DNA of 64,000 bases, taken from NCBI GenBank assembly GCA_963422615.1, contig OY730414.1, positions 1,596,302 through 1,660,301 of the forward strand, read 5' to 3'. This DNA comes from Longimicrobiales bacterium. GTDB lineage: Bacteria > Gemmatimonadota > Gemmatimonadetes > Longimicrobiales > Gaopeijiaceae. Made by a program: the position numbers and the translations under genes. A model generated the notes under the pieces. The model made no database searches. It saw only the letters and a list, made by a program, of their open reading frames with translations, and was not told where the DNA came from. Shown one piece after another: positions 10,021 to 19,557 of the stretch; position 1 is the first letter of the stretch; each line of letters begins with the position of its first letter.

Positions 10021-10742
10021 GGGACCGCCAGAGGAGTTTCCGGTACGGTCGCGTTCTCCTGAAGTTGTCGGGCGAAGCCCTTGCGGGAGGAAAGGGCTTC
10101 GGCGTCGACCCCAATACTGTGGACCGGATCACCGATGAGCTCCTGGCCATCCACGAATTGGACATTGCCTTGGGACTGGTGATCGGCGGCGGGAACATCG
10201 TCCGCGGCACTGCCGCCAGCAAAGACGGCATGGACAGGGTCTCTGCCGACTACATGGGCATGCTGGCGACCATCATCAACGCGCTAGCGGTCCAGAACCA
10301 ACTGGAACGAAAGGGCGTGGGCACGCGCGTCATGACGGCGATTCGCATGGAGCAGGTTGCCGAACCCTATATTCGCCGACGGGCGGTCCGGCACCTGGAA
10401 AAGGGAAGAATAGTGATCTTTGCCGGGGGGACCGGACTCCCCTACTTCTCGACAGACACGGCGGCCGTGCTTCGGGCCATTGAGATGAATGCCGACGTGG
10501 TCATCAAGGCCACAAAGGTCGCAGGCGTCTTTACGGCCGACCCCGTCAGTGACCCCTCTGCGGAGTTCATCTCCGACATCTCCTTTCGGGACGTGGTTAC
10601 CCGGGATCTTCGGGTGATGGACGCGGCCGCGGTTTCTCTTTGCCGGGAGAACGACTTACCCATTATCGTCTTGAACCTGGAAGATCGAGGCTCTGTGCGG
10701 AGCGCGATCCGCGGAAAGCGGATCGGTACGCTGGTATCCTGA
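10017..10742 (+). CDS. pyrH: UMP kinase; apparent CTG start
   Basis: Conserved YGRVLLKLSGEAL begins upstream of the ORF-track start 10065; GGGNIVRG, DYMGMLAT, PYFSTDTAA. Confidence 0.95.
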   Translation: MRDRQRSFRYGRVLLKLSGEALAGGKGFGVDPNTVDRITDELLAIHELDIALGLVIGGGNIVRGTAASKDGMDRVSADYMGMLATIINALAVQNQLERKGVGTRVMTAIRMEQVAEPYIRRRAVRHLEKGRIVIFAGGTGLPYFSTDTAAVLRAIEMNADVVIKATKVAGVFTADPVSDPSAEFISDISFRDVVTRDLRVMDAAAVSLCRENDLPIIVLNLEDRGSVRSAIRGKRIGTLVS

Positions 10743-10789
10743 TTCGGCAACGTATCTTTGTCGTTCCGGCCCACAAGGAGAACATTACC

Positions 10790-11341
10790 GTGTCAATACT
10801 GGACGAAACCAAGAAGAAGATGGACGACGCGCTGGCTGCGGTCGGTCGCGACTTCGTGACGGTGCGCACCGGGAAGGCCGTACCGGCCATACTTGACGCC
10901 GTTCGGGTTAGGGCATATGGGGGGCAGGTTCCCCTCAACCAGGTCGCAACCGTCACGGCCCCGGATGCCTCTCTCCTCCTCGTTCAGCCCTTCGACCCGT
11001 CCCTCATCGGCGAAATCGAAAAAGCCGTGCTTTCGTCCGGGCTGGGACTCAATCCATCCAGCGACGGTTCCGTGGTTCGCGTCCCCGTGCCGCCCCTGAA
11101 CGAGGAAAGGCGCAGAGAGTATGTTCGCCTTCTCTACAAGATGGCGGAGCAGGGTCGGATTTCGATTCGTCACGCCCGTCAAGCGGCCAACGACCGGGTC
11201 AGGTCCCGCACGCTGTCCCACGAGATCGGCGAAGACGAGGGGCACAGACTCCGGGGCAGGGTGCAAAAGTTGACCGACGAATACGTCCGGAAGATCGAAG
11301 ACCTATTGAACCGAAAGGAACGGGAGGTGATGGAAATCTGA
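10790..11341 (+). CDS. frr: Ribosome recycling factor
   Basis: GTG start with AAGGAG SD; RTGKA, YGGQVPLNQVA, LGLNP, PPLNEERR. Confidence 0.96.
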   Translation: MSILDETKKKMDDALAAVGRDFVTVRTGKAVPAILDAVRVRAYGGQVPLNQVATVTAPDASLLLVQPFDPSLIGEIEKAVLSSGLGLNPSSDGSVVRVPVPPLNEERRREYVRLLYKMAEQGRISIRHARQAANDRVRSRTLSHEIGEDEGHRLRGRVQKLTDEYVRKIEDLLNRKEREVMEI

Positions 11342-11374
11342 ACGACGCTCCGGGTTCCATACTTCCGCTGTCCG

Positions 11375-12118
11375 ATGTCGCCTGACCGAATCGAACGGAT
11401 CAGGATGAATGGACGTGTGCCGTGTCATCTGGCCGTCATCATGGATGGGAATGGCCGGTGGGCTCGGGAAAAGGGTCTGCCGAGGTACGAGGGACACCGG
11501 GCGGGGATCAAGTCGATCCGGGAAGCGGTTCGAGGAGCAAAGGCGGCAGGGGTGGAGATACTCACGCTCTATGCCTTCTCCACGGAGAACTGGAAGCGTC
11601 CCAAGAGCGAAGTCATGGCTCTCATGGGCGTACTCCGGGTGTACGCCGATCGGGAGCGGCTCAGCTTGGCCAGGGAGGGTGTGGAGGTGCGGGTTCTAGG
11701 GGAGGTCGAACGCCTTGATCGACGCTCGCGCGCGGCTGTGGGTCGAATCGTAACGACGACCCAGGGGAGAAGTGCCCTGCGTCTGAATCTCATGATCTCC
11801 TACGGCGGCCGGGAGGATATCGTCCGGGCGGCTCGCAACCTCGCGGCCCAGGCCAGAGACGGCCTGCTGGACCCCGATTCCATTGATGCGGAGACCCTCA
11901 AGGGCGCCCTCTTCACTCACGAACTTCCGGATCCGGACCTCCTGATTCGGACTTCGGGTGAATTCCGGATCAGCAACTTTATGCTCTGGCAGGTTGCGTA
12001 CACCGAACTCTACTTCACCCAGGTATACTGGCCCGACTTCAGACGGGAAGACCTCTTTGACGCCATCCTTGACTACCAGCGCCGGGAACGCCGCTTCGGT
12101 AGCGTGACGACGGGATGA
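11375..12118 (+). CDS. uppS: Undecaprenyl diphosphate synthase
   Basis: HLAVIMDGNGRWA, YAFSTENWKRP, PDLLIRTSGEFRISNFMLWQ. Confidence 0.97.
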   Translation: MSPDRIERIRMNGRVPCHLAVIMDGNGRWAREKGLPRYEGHRAGIKSIREAVRGAKAAGVEILTLYAFSTENWKRPKSEVMALMGVLRVYADRERLSLAREGVEVRVLGEVERLDRRSRAAVGRIVTTTQGRSALRLNLMISYGGREDIVRAARNLAAQARDGLLDPDSIDAETLKGALFTHELPDPDLLIRTSGEFRISNFMLWQVAYTELYFTQVYWPDFRREDLFDAILDYQRRERRFGSVTTG

Positions 12119-13017
12119 CCGTGAAAGCGGATCCGACGATGATGTCCGCGGAGCTGCGATCCCGGGTTTTCGTGACGGCGGTCGGGATTCCCGTTGTGGT
12201 GTTCATCGCCTACCAAGGCGGCTGGCTGTTGGCGGGGCTCATCGCAGCGGTCGCGGCCGTATCTGCCCGGGAGTTCTATGCCCTGGCGGCGGAGAACGTG
12301 GGCAGGCCCTTGGGTTGGTTGGGGATCCCGGCTGCCGCTCTCCTCGTCCTCGTCGCTGAGTACGAACGTACCTTTCCTGCCTGGGGGGACCGGGCCTTGG
12401 CGCTTCTCATGCTGCTGGGCCTGTTGACGTCGGCTACGGTCATTTTCAACCGCAGGATTGAAGAAGGCCCTCTCCGCTCGGCGGCAGCCACCGTTTCCGG
12501 TGCCCTGTATACGGGAGGGACCCTCTCGTTTGCCCTTCTCCTTCGCAACCTTCCCGAATTTCGAGGAACAGCGCCCGCCGCGCCTTGGGAGGGTCCTTTG
12601 CTGCTCCTGTTCCCGCTGTGGATCGTGTGGATCGGCGACGCGGCAGCCTACTGGGTCGGCAAGCAAATGGGGCGGGTTCCCCTCGCCCGCCGGATCAGTC
12701 CGGGAAAGACGGTGGAGGGCGGTCTGGCCGGTTTGGTGGGTTCGGTGGCGGCGGGAGGACTCGCCGGATTCGTCCTTGATGATTTCCGGAATTTTCCCAT
12801 CTCTCCCCTCGCCGGGGGCGTCATCGGGCTCGCGCTGGGGGTGGCAGGCCAGCTGGGCGATCTGGCGGAGTCCGTCCTCAAGAGAGAAGCGGGGCGGAAG
12901 GATTCGGGCACCGTCCTCCTGGGGCACGGAGGGGCCCTGGATCGCTTCGATGGCCTCTACTTCGCCATCCCCCTGGCCTACGGACTCGTTCTTCTCAACC
13001 AGTACTTCGGGTCATGA
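12115..13017 (+). CDS. cdsA: Phosphatidate cytidylyltransferase
   Basis: Multi-TM; ISPGKTVEG, GDLAESVLKREAGRKDSG..GHGGALDRFD. Confidence 0.95.
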   Translation: MTVKADPTMMSAELRSRVFVTAVGIPVVVFIAYQGGWLLAGLIAAVAAVSAREFYALAAENVGRPLGWLGIPAAALLVLVAEYERTFPAWGDRALALLMLLGLLTSATVIFNRRIEEGPLRSAAATVSGALYTGGTLSFALLLRNLPEFRGTAPAAPWEGPLLLLFPLWIVWIGDAAAYWVGKQMGRVPLARRISPGKTVEGGLAGLVGSVAAGGLAGFVLDDFRNFPISPLAGGVIGLALGVAGQLGDLAESVLKREAGRKDSGTVLLGHGGALDRFDGLYFAIPLAYGLVLLNQYFGS

Positions 13018-14177
13018 AGCGCTTGGCGGTTCTGGGTGCGACGGGTTCCGTCGGCCGCTCCACCCTGTCGGTCGTCAGACGCCACCCGGAGCGGTTCCAA
13101 GTCGTGGCGCTTTCTGCCCGGCGGTCGGTGGACGCCCTGAAGAGACTCGCAGACGAGTTCGGCGTGCGCCATGTGGCGGTATCGCATCCTCGGAGCCTTC
13201 GAGATCGGCCCGGCCTTCGGGCGGCCGGCTGGCGGATGGGCTCGGAGGCTGTAGCGGAGCTGGCGAGCCTGCCTGGCGTGGACATTGTGGTCAACGCCTT
13301 GGTGGGTGCCGCGGGACTCTCCCCGACCCTTGCCGCCCTGGAGGCCGGAAAGCGCTGCGCCCTGGCGAACAAGGAATCGCTGGTCGCGGCGGGGGAAATC
13401 GTTCTTGCCGCGGCCCGCCGGGGCGGGGGGGAGCTGGTTCCCGTGGACAGTGAGCACTCGGCCGTCCTCCAGTGCATGGGCGCGGCCCGCGGGGAAGAGA
13501 TCCGCCGGGTCATCCTGACGGCCAGTGGTGGGCCCTTCCGAACCGCGGATCCCCGGGTCATGGAGGGAGCCACGGCCAGAATGGCGCTGAAGCACCCCAC
13601 GTGGCAGATGGGCGCCAAGATAACGATCGATTCCGCTACGATGGCCAACAAGGCCCTGGAGGTCATTGAGACCCACTTCCTTTACGGGCTGCCCTACGAT
13701 CGCATTGATGTCGTCGTGCATCCCACTTCCATCGTGCACTCGTTTGTGGAATTCGTAGACGGATCCGTCCTTGCCCAAATGGGGGAGCCGACGATGGAGC
13801 TCCCGATCTTTCACGCCCTCACTTGGCCAGAGAGGATTCCGGATCCGGTGCTCCGGACCTTCGACCCCGTGGGGCTGTCTCCCCTTGCGTTTGCCCCCCT
13901 GGACGAGGAGCGGTTCCCCCTCTTCCGCCTGGGGGTCGGAGCCGGTCGTGCCGGGGGTGCTGCCCCCGCCGTGTTCAACGCCGCCAACGAAGTCGCCGTG
14001 GAAGCGTTTCTGCGGGGAAAGGTTACCTTTTTCGGTATGAAGGAAGTTGTTTCGGCCACCCTGGCGGCCCTGGAGGGGCGTTCGGCCGAAGACTTGCCGG
14101 CCGTCCTGGAAGTGGACGGTGCTGCCCGCCGCCATGCGGCCGCGGCGGTAGAATCCCTCTTCGCTCGGGCCGGATAG
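13014..14177 (+). CDS. dxr: 1-deoxy-D-xylulose-5-phosphate reductoisomerase
   Basis: LGATGSVG, LANKESLV, PVDSEH, LTASGGPF, HPTWQMGAKITIDSATMANK. Confidence 0.97.
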   Translation: MKRLAVLGATGSVGRSTLSVVRRHPERFQVVALSARRSVDALKRLADEFGVRHVAVSHPRSLRDRPGLRAAGWRMGSEAVAELASLPGVDIVVNALVGAAGLSPTLAALEAGKRCALANKESLVAAGEIVLAAARRGGGELVPVDSEHSAVLQCMGAARGEEIRRVILTASGGPFRTADPRVMEGATARMALKHPTWQMGAKITIDSATMANKALEVIETHFLYGLPYDRIDVVVHPTSIVHSFVEFVDGSVLAQMGEPTMELPIFHALTWPERIPDPVLRTFDPVGLSPLAFAPLDEERFPLFRLGVGAGRAGGAAPAVFNAANEVAVEAFLRGKVTFFGMKEVVSATLAALEGRSAEDLPAVLEVDGAARRHAAAAVESLFARAG

Positions 14178-14182
14178 AAAAC

Positions 14183-15514
14183 ATGACCCTATTGGCCACG
14201 ATCGTTCTCCTGGGCGTGCTGATCTTCGTTCACGAACTGGGGCACTTCTGGGCCGCCAAAGCCGTCGGTGTCGGTGTCCATCGCTTTTCCATCGGCCTGG
14301 GACCCAGGCTCTGGGGGTACACGAAAGGGGAGACCGAATACGTGCTCTCCGCGATCCCTTTGGGCGGGTACGTGAAGATGCAGGGCATGGAGGACGAAGT
14401 GATGGAGCACCTGGAGGGACGGGCTTCGGAAGCGTCCCGGAATTCCAGGCCCGGCGACTTCGACGCCAAGCCCATATGGGCCCGAGCCTTCGTGATTTCG
14501 GCGGGCGTTGTCATGAACATGCTCTTTGCCGCCCTGGTATTTACCGGCGTTGCGGCCGTCTGGGGTGTCCAGGAGCCGACCACGACCCGGGTCATGGCGG
14601 TAGAAGAGCGCACGCTTCCCCAGGGTACGGAGGCCCTGGCGGATCTGGCCCCCGGGGCGAGGGTCGTCAGGGTCGGATCCGTGGAGCCCGAGTCCTGGCA
14701 GCAGCTCCGGGGAGCGTTTTTCGAGGCGCCCGCGGGACCCCTTGCGGTCGTCACCGAGGCGCCCGCCGGCGTCTTCGAGGTCGTCATGCCCCCCGACGAA
14801 GGAAGCCGTGGGGCACTGGTGGGGTCGTTGTCGGGTTGGGTGGATCCCGTCGTGGGCGCGGTCCAGGAGGGCACCGCCGCCGCTGCCGCCGGCATTGAGC
14901 AGGGAGATCGAGTGACGAGCGTGGCCGGGGTGCCCGTCGGAAGCTGGACGGACTTGATAGGGGAAGTTCGATCCCGTCCGGGGGAGCGGCTGGAAGTAGG
15001 AGTGCTGCGAGGCGGGGCCGATCTGACCTTCCCGGTCGAACTGGACCAAATCGAAGTCGGGGACACGGGAGAGCGATACGGTCGCCTGGGAATCTACCCG
15101 GCGACGGTGCGGGTGGGGCTACGGGAAGCCGTAGCGATCGGCGTGGCGGAAACCATGCGCATCACCCGGGTTATTCTGAGGTTTCTGCGCGATCTCTTCA
15201 CGCTGGACGTCTCGCCCCGTTCGGTGGGTTCGATTGGAACCATTGCCGTGGCCACGGGGCAGGCGGCCGAACAAGGGTTCCCGAGCTACCTTCGCTTCAT
15301 GGCTCTTTTCAGCATCAACCTGGCGATCCTCAACATGCTGCCGATCCCCATCCTGGATGGCGGTCATATGGTGTTTTTGGGCGTCGAAATGGTCCGGGGG
15401 CAGCGGTTGTCGGTCAAGCAACGGATCCGCTGGAGCCAGGTGGGCCTGGTGGTGGTGATCGGGCTTATGGTGTGGGCTTTGGGGAACGACCTGTTGCGCG
15501 TTCTTGGGTTGTAA
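14183..15514 (+). CDS. rseP: RIP metalloprotease RseP
   Basis: HELGH zinc motif, IPLGGYVKM, PDZ region, NMLPIPILDGG. Confidence 0.95.
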   Translation: MTLLATIVLLGVLIFVHELGHFWAAKAVGVGVHRFSIGLGPRLWGYTKGETEYVLSAIPLGGYVKMQGMEDEVMEHLEGRASEASRNSRPGDFDAKPIWARAFVISAGVVMNMLFAALVFTGVAAVWGVQEPTTTRVMAVEERTLPQGTEALADLAPGARVVRVGSVEPESWQQLRGAFFEAPAGPLAVVTEAPAGVFEVVMPPDEGSRGALVGSLSGWVDPVVGAVQEGTAAAAAGIEQGDRVTSVAGVPVGSWTDLIGEVRSRPGERLEVGVLRGGADLTFPVELDQIEVGDTGERYGRLGIYPATVRVGLREAVAIGVAETMRITRVILRFLRDLFTLDVSPRSVGSIGTIAVATGQAAEQGFPSYLRFMALFSINLAILNMLPIPILDGGHMVFLGVEMVRGQRLSVKQRIRWSQVGLVVVIGLMVWALGNDLLRVLGL

Positions 15515-15634
15515 GTCTGCTCTAGACTTTGAAGGGGGGCCAAGTGCCTAGCGGACGCAAACCTTGATTCCAACCGGGCCTGAGGCTCCGTCGGAATACG
15601 AGGGCGCGAAGCGGGTTCTCCGCCCGCCCGCGAG

Positions 15635-16471
15635 TTATTGCGGGTCGGCCAGAGAGAGGGAGAGTTGAGCCGGGCCGCTGCGTCTCCGGAGTTCCGCTAG
15701 GTCCACCACGGGCATCGGACCGTCGGGCTTCGCCACCGTCACCAAGCCCCTGAAGCCCCGTTTCCTCAGCGACAGCTCCATCGCGGTTATGGCGAGTCGG
15801 GGGGTGTTCGACTCCTGGGAAAGATGGGCCAGGACCACGGCGGACAGGCGCGGGCTCAGCAACTCGAGCACGAAGCCGACTGCGGCTTGATTCGACAGGT
15901 GGCCGTAGTTCGAAGCGATTCGGGCCTTGACGGATTTGGGGTATCCCGCGGACCAGAGCATCTCTTCGTCATGGTTGGACTCGATGATCAAACCGTCGCA
16001 GTCGCGCAGGGCGTGCTTTACCTGGACGGTCGGTTTCCCCAAGTCGGTGGCGATGCCAAGCCGCAGACCCGTAGACCGGTCCCCAATGGCGATGGCAACC
16101 GGTTCCGAGGCGTCGTGGAGGGTGGTGCAGGGCTCGATGAGAAGGTCGTCCACGGAGAGGGGGTACCCCGGGCGGTAGGTTTCGACAACCTCGTTTCCCT
16201 TCAAGAGCTTCTTGCAGGCGTCCCGCGTTCCCGCAGTCATCAGAAGCCGGGTTCCGTGGGTCCGAGCGAAGACCCCCACCCCTCGGGTATGGTCCCCGTG
16301 CTCGTGGGTAATCAGGATGGCAGCAAGATCCTTGGGTGCCACACCGACGGAGGCGAGGCGTTTCCCGAGTTCCCGGGCGCTAAAACCGGCGTCAACCAGG
16401 ATGCGGGTCGAGCCGCCGCTCACGAAGGTGGCGTTACCGCTGCTTCCGCTGCCAAGAACCGAAAAGCGCAC
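15635..16471 (-). CDS. MBL-fold metallo-hydrolase (YycJ/WalJ-like)
   Basis: LGSGSSGNA, THEHGDH, HDA, TDLG, ESNHD, GHLSN, LAHLSQE. Confidence 0.88.
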   Translation of the reverse strand: MRFSVLGSGSSGNATFVSGGSTRILVDAGFSARELGKRLASVGVAPKDLAAILITHEHGDHTRGVGVFARTHGTRLLMTAGTRDACKKLLKGNEVVETYRPGYPLSVDDLLIEPCTTLHDASEPVAIAIGDRSTGLRLGIATDLGKPTVQVKHALRDCDGLIIESNHDEEMLWSAGYPKSVKARIASNYGHLSNQAAVGFVLELLSPRLSAVVLAHLSQESNTPRLAITAMELSLRKRGFRGLVTVAKPDGPMPVVDLAELRRRSGPAQLSLSLADPQ

Positions 16472-16475
16472 CGAC

Positions 16476-17684
16476 TCAGCGAACCGTCTGCCGGGCCCGG
16501 AGGGGTGCGGTTTCGGCGAAGGCCCGCCGGAAGAGGTGGCGCATCCCGCTCGTGAGCTTGACTCCCCGCCGCGCCATGACCCGGGCCGTCGTGGTCAGAA
16601 AGCGGTCCACGTCGTACGCCTCCAGATCGTCACCGGTGCCCCAAGAGAATGGAGGAACGAACTTGGGTGGCATCCGGCCCCCGAAAACGTTCGATCCCAC
16701 CCCGACGACCGTACCCGAATTGATGAGCGTACCGATTCCGGTCTTTACGTGGTCGCCCAATAAACAGCCCGCCTTGGTCAGACCGGTGTCGATGGAGCGA
16801 CCGTTGACCTCGAAACGCACGGAACCGTAGTTGTTCTTGAGATCCGAGTTGGTGGTCAAGGCACCCAGGTTCACCCAGCGTCCGACCACGGAGTGCCCCA
16901 GGAAGCCTTCGTGCGCTTTGTTTGTGAATCCGAAGATGATTGAGGACTCCACTTCTCCCCGGATCTTGCAGGAAGGCCCGATGCTCGTGTTCGTAACGAA
17001 GCCGCCCAGAATCACGGAATCGGTTCCGACGTACGTCGGGCCCGCCAGGCGGGACGGGGCTTGAACCCGGACGCCGGGGGCCAGAATCACCGGCCCGGCT
17101 GTGGTGTCGAAGATCGTGCCCGGCTCGATCACGGCGCCGGACCCCACGGCAACCTTGCCGTCGCCCAAGCGCTGGACCGTTCCGGGGAGTTCCGTGTCCT
17201 GGAACCGCTCCCCATCGGCGCGGATACGCGCCTCGTTTCTCGCCATCAGCGCCCAGACCGATTCCAATACCGTCCCGTCGACCGAGACCGCCGGCCATTC
17301 GGGGAGCCGTCCGGTGGCCAGGGAACCGGGAAACGGCGTCCCCTCCGGAACCCAGGCGCCCACGGGCTCGGGGCCCGCGACCAACAGTGCGGGTTGACTG
17401 CAGACGACGGACGCGCCTTCCGCGGCAACGAAGCGGCTGGAGAGGAACAGTCTGTCGCCCGCTTCAATCGTTGATGGAGGCAGGCACCGGGGAGCTCCCG
17501 GTTCGTCGAACCCCTGGAGGTCCTCGTTGGCCAGGTGCCCCCCGCAGGACAGTCCCAATACCCGCTCGGATCTGGCCCTCAGCGTCTCGGTGCCAAAGAG
17601 AATTTCACCCGCCGGACGGGTCAGGGTAAAGGGGAGCCAACCCCGGGCCACCTCGTCGTCGAAGAGAAAGAACCGGACCGCCAT
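16476..17684 (-). CDS. GlmU-like putative sugar nucleotidyl transferase with left-handed beta-helix
   Basis: PFTLTRP N-terminus, hexapeptide repeats, NKAHEGFLGHS..WVNLGA.TTNSDLKNNY, GDHVKTGI. Confidence 0.82.
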   Translation of the reverse strand: MAVRFFLFDDEVARGWLPFTLTRPAGEILFGTETLRARSERVLGLSCGGHLANEDLQGFDEPGAPRCLPPSTIEAGDRLFLSSRFVAAEGASVVCSQPALLVAGPEPVGAWVPEGTPFPGSLATGRLPEWPAVSVDGTVLESVWALMARNEARIRADGERFQDTELPGTVQRLGDGKVAVGSGAVIEPGTIFDTTAGPVILAPGVRVQAPSRLAGPTYVGTDSVILGGFVTNTSIGPSCKIRGEVESSIIFGFTNKAHEGFLGHSVVGRWVNLGALTTNSDLKNNYGSVRFEVNGRSIDTGLTKAGCLLGDHVKTGIGTLINSGTVVGVGSNVFGGRMPPKFVPPFSWGTGDDLEAYDVDRFLTTTARVMARRGVKLTSGMRHLFRRAFAETAPLRARQTVR

Positions 17685-18766
17685 CAGTCCAGGGAATCGG
17701 TCCCGACTTTTTCGTGACGCATGAGGCCCTCGGGCAGTTGCTCCAGGTACTGCTTCATCTTGTCGGCTTCGCTCCTGGGCATGACCAACGTGACGTGGTC
17801 CGTCTGAACCACAAGGAGGTTCTGAACCCCCGCCAGAACAATTCGGCCCGACTCGGCAACGACAATGTTTCGGGCCGCGTTCAATAGGAAGACGTCACCT
17901 TCGCAGACATTTCCGCCGTCGTCTGCCGCCCGGGTCCGGGACAGAGACTCCCAGCTCCCGACGTCGTCCCACTGGAAGGTGGCGTCAATGGAGCCGACCC
18001 GAAGACTCGGCTCCAGAACCGCCACGTCTACCGTGACCGTTTCCGCTTCCCGGAAGAAGGCCGCCACATCTCCCCGCTCAAGGTGATGCAAGGCCCCTCG
18101 AATCTCCGGGGAATGGGCCCTCACCTCGTCCAGAAAAGTGGCGACCGGCCAGATGAAGATCCCCGAGTTCCACCGATAGCCCGACGCCACGTAGTGGGCC
18201 GCGGTGACGGCGTCGGGTTTCTCGACGAAGGAATCCACCCGGTATGCACTGTGTCCCTCCGGCGCGTCCAGGCTGTCCCCAGGCTTGATGTACCCGTAGC
18301 CGGTTTCGGGTCGGTCCGGATGGACCGCAACCGTCAGGAGAAGCTGCTCCTTCTGGGCAACGGCCATGCCGGCCTTCAGCAGATTCCGAAATGCGTCGGG
18401 CGGACGAATGAAGTGGTCGGCGTGGAGGGAGACCATGATGGCTTCCGGTTCGGTGTTGGCGATCTCCCAGGCGGCTCGTGCCAGGGCCGGACCGGTTCCT
18501 CGGGCGCAGGGCTCCACAAGAAAGGCGTCTCTTTCCAGTCCGGTGGCGGCCCGGATAGGAGCCACCATCTCCTCTGCGGTAAGGATTCTCAGCCGCTCCG
18601 GCGGCACGAAGCCCCGAATCCGTTCCAATGTGTCGACGATCAGCGGATCCGGACCGGCGAGGGGCAACAGCTGCTTCGGGCGCGCGGATGTGCTCAAGGG
18701 CCAGAAACGGGAACCCGAACCACCTGCGAGGATGGTAACCCACAGCGGGGGCCTCACGGTCACCAC
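17684..18766 (-). CDS. manC: Mannose-1-phosphate guanylyltransferase
   Basis: ILAGGSGSRFWPLS..PKQLL, ADH, PETGYGYI, FVEKPD, WNSGIF, WDDVGSW. Confidence 0.9.
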   Translation of the reverse strand: MVTVRPPLWVTILAGGSGSRFWPLSTSARPKQLLPLAGPDPLIVDTLERIRGFVPPERLRILTAEEMVAPIRAATGLERDAFLVEPCARGTGPALARAAWEIANTEPEAIMVSLHADHFIRPPDAFRNLLKAGMAVAQKEQLLLTVAVHPDRPETGYGYIKPGDSLDAPEGHSAYRVDSFVEKPDAVTAAHYVASGYRWNSGIFIWPVATFLDEVRAHSPEIRGALHHLERGDVAAFFREAETVTVDVAVLEPSLRVGSIDATFQWDDVGSWESLSRTRAADDGGNVCEGDVFLLNAARNIVVAESGRIVLAGVQNLLVVQTDHVTLVMPRSEADKMKQYLEQLPEGLMRHEKVGTDSLD

Positions 18767-18826
18767 GGGGCCTCCTCCGCGATTCGGCCGGGAAAGTGGA
18801 CGGAAGGGAGGAGGGTCAGGACGCCC

Positions 18827-18887
18827 TTCATGTACGACGTCTCCGGATTTTCCGTCTCCGCAAGTTCATGTATGACGTCTCCGCAAG
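18827..18887. repeat. Nested direct repeats in divergent intergenic region
   Basis: TTCATGTAYGACGTCTCCG at 18827 and 18865; CGTCTCCG three times (18838, 18853, 18876). Confidence 0.7.
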
Positions 18888-18994
18888 GAGAGAAATTTCC
18901 ATGGTTCAATGGGGAGGGTTGCCCAACCACGTAGCGGGACTTTCGTCTCGTGGGCAAGTTTGACCCCGGGCTCTCTTATCGGTAATCATTCTCC

Positions 18995-19552
18995 ATGAGA
19001 CATTGTACCCTACTCCTTGCGGTGGCCGCTGGCGCGGTAGCTCTCGTTGCGTGCGGCGACGACCCCTTTGCGGTCCGGTGGGAGGAAAACCCGGACACCG
19101 TCCGGTTGTTCGCCCTATCCAGGCCCGAGCCCAACTTGTTCTCGGGTTTCGACTTCCGTCCGCGGCAAGCGGTTCAGATCGAGGCACCGACCACCGGTGG
19201 CAACTGGGATTTGGCGGTAGACGTCCTCGATGGACGGTTCGTCTGGCTTCCGCCGGGTGCGCTGGGCGTCACTTCCCAGGCAGGCCTGGCGACCCTGGAA
19301 AACGAAACCTTCGCTTCTGCCGCTGGGGCGCCCGCCGACTCGTCACGGTACGTTTCGGACGTCCCGGTTCCGATCCGTACCGATCGAATCTACGTGATTC
19401 GCACCCGCCGGCACCCGGGCTACTTTGGTACGCTCTGCAACTACTACGGCAAGATTGAGGCGCTGAACCTGGATCTTGCCTACGGCTCGGTTTCGTTCCA
19501 GTACGACGTCAGCGGTGCCTGCAACAGTCGTGATCTGATACCCCCGAGCTGA
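18995..19552 (+). CDS. Hypothetical lipoprotein (weakly HmuY-like)
   Basis: Signal peptide with lipobox ALVAC; WDLAV motif; beta-rich; two further C-terminal Cys. Confidence 0.7.
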   Translation: MRHCTLLLAVAAGAVALVACGDDPFAVRWEENPDTVRLFALSRPEPNLFSGFDFRPRQAVQIEAPTTGGNWDLAVDVLDGRFVWLPPGALGVTSQAGLATLENETFASAAGAPADSSRYVSDVPVPIRTDRIYVIRTRRHPGYFGTLCNYYGKIEALNLDLAYGSVSFQYDVSGACNSRDLIPPS

Positions 19553-19557
19553 TCCAG

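Noticed and set aside
7460..11341. rplM-rpsI joined directly to rpsB-tsf-pyrH-frr; short EF-Ts
   Set aside because: Known arrangement in FCB-group bacteria; useful for taxonomy, not novel.
18827..18887. Possible mini-CRISPR
   Set aside because: Only two 19-bp units, spacer reuses repeat sequence, no cas genes.
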